A DNA stretch of 58,236 bases, counting the filler, from Asterionella formosa (Eukaryota), in NCBI GenBank assembly GCA_002256025.1. It is 7 parts of 7 records of this genome, joined end to end, with 100 filler letters (N's around TTAATTAATTAA, not from the genome) between each part and the next. Parts side by side here need not be neighbours in the genome. Positions count along the whole stretch, not along the records: positions 50,026 to 58,236 come from NKIB01012298.1; 6 more parts are not named here. One strand, given 5' to 3'. Below the pieces are notes generated by a model that saw only the letters and a list, made by a program, of their open reading frames with translations, was not told the DNA's origin and made no database searches. Below are positions 57,561-58,236 of this stretch, in pieces (position 1 is the stretch's first letter; each line of letters starts with the position of its first letter). The position numbers and the translations under genes are program-made.

Positions 57561-58236
57561 TTCTATCTTCTTGCTTAAATGTATCCCAGTAACGGTTTAG
57601 ATCTTGCTTTGTGGTCATCAAGGGCTGTCACGGCGAATTTTGTAACTGTTCCTAATGCAATATGTGTATAATTAATTATCCATGACGCAAGGGATTGCCG
57701 GATGTTGAACTCCATGGTGGCTATTACCCGTACTGGTACCGGTATATTGGTTGGATTATTACCGTAATCATAATTTTATCAGTTTATATGTATGTGTACA
57801 GAACTAAATATTTTAGGACGACATCATTTACAGAGAAACAAAAAATTGTGCGACTGAATATATTTTTATGACATGAAGAAACTTCAACACCACAACATGC
57901 TGAATACTAACAGGTGATCCGAGTTGAAACAGAAACCATGAAGTCGAGTAAATCTTGTTTGTAATCTCCAAAATCAGCCCAGTCATGGTCCTTTGAGTCA
58001 AGCCATGAACATGAATCAATCTTTACTCATATAGCTTTATGAATCAATCTTTGAGTCAGTTCATGAACATGATGTGTCAATATTTACCATTACTCATTTT
58101 GTTTTATTTGCTAGTAATAAAATACCAACATGCTCAGTGTACCTGAGGTAGCCCTTGTATTTAGCTTAGATGTGTAGTGCAGTTGTTGTGAGCAGCTGGA
58201 GAATCCTGCATCATGCCTTTGCCATTTTTACAATGA

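Overview
Eukaryotic nuclear DNA, almost certainly a diatom or close stramenopile. The evidence is short GT-AG introns, a bipartite plastid-type presequence, CoDi-like copia and diatom-type DIRS relics, and an N-terminally extended cycloartenol synthase. The window is not one locus. Seven contigs (8255, 8242, 8241, 8240, 8232, 8215 and 8211 bp, strictly decreasing) are joined by artificial N44-TTAATTAATTAA-N44 linkers, so gene neighbourhoods only hold within a contig. Recognisable genes: FkbM-family methyltransferase, DNA polymerase iota-like, bacterial-type ABC-class ATPase, ankyrin-repeat protein, an 8-TM membrane protein, MO25/CAB39, a DENN+ENTH-like protein, a Pro/Thr-repeat membrane protein, a P-loop protein, cycloartenol synthase, a CDPK and a truncated organellar GlyRS. 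The rest is mostly decayed transposons (DDE DNA transposon, DIRS/Ngaro, non-LTR, copia), MITE-like inverted repeats and tandem repeats. No complete novel multi-gene system can be supported. The most interesting signals are: (1) chains of TA-CCGG-TA / TA-CCWGG-TA palindromes upstream of most genes, with one paired repeat showing the motif as an apparent TA-duplicating insertion; (2) an intron-containing GlyRS 5' fragment bracketed by copies of a probable transposon end; (3) a tandem tetraspanin-like protein; (4) clear CpG-decay signatures in TE relics.
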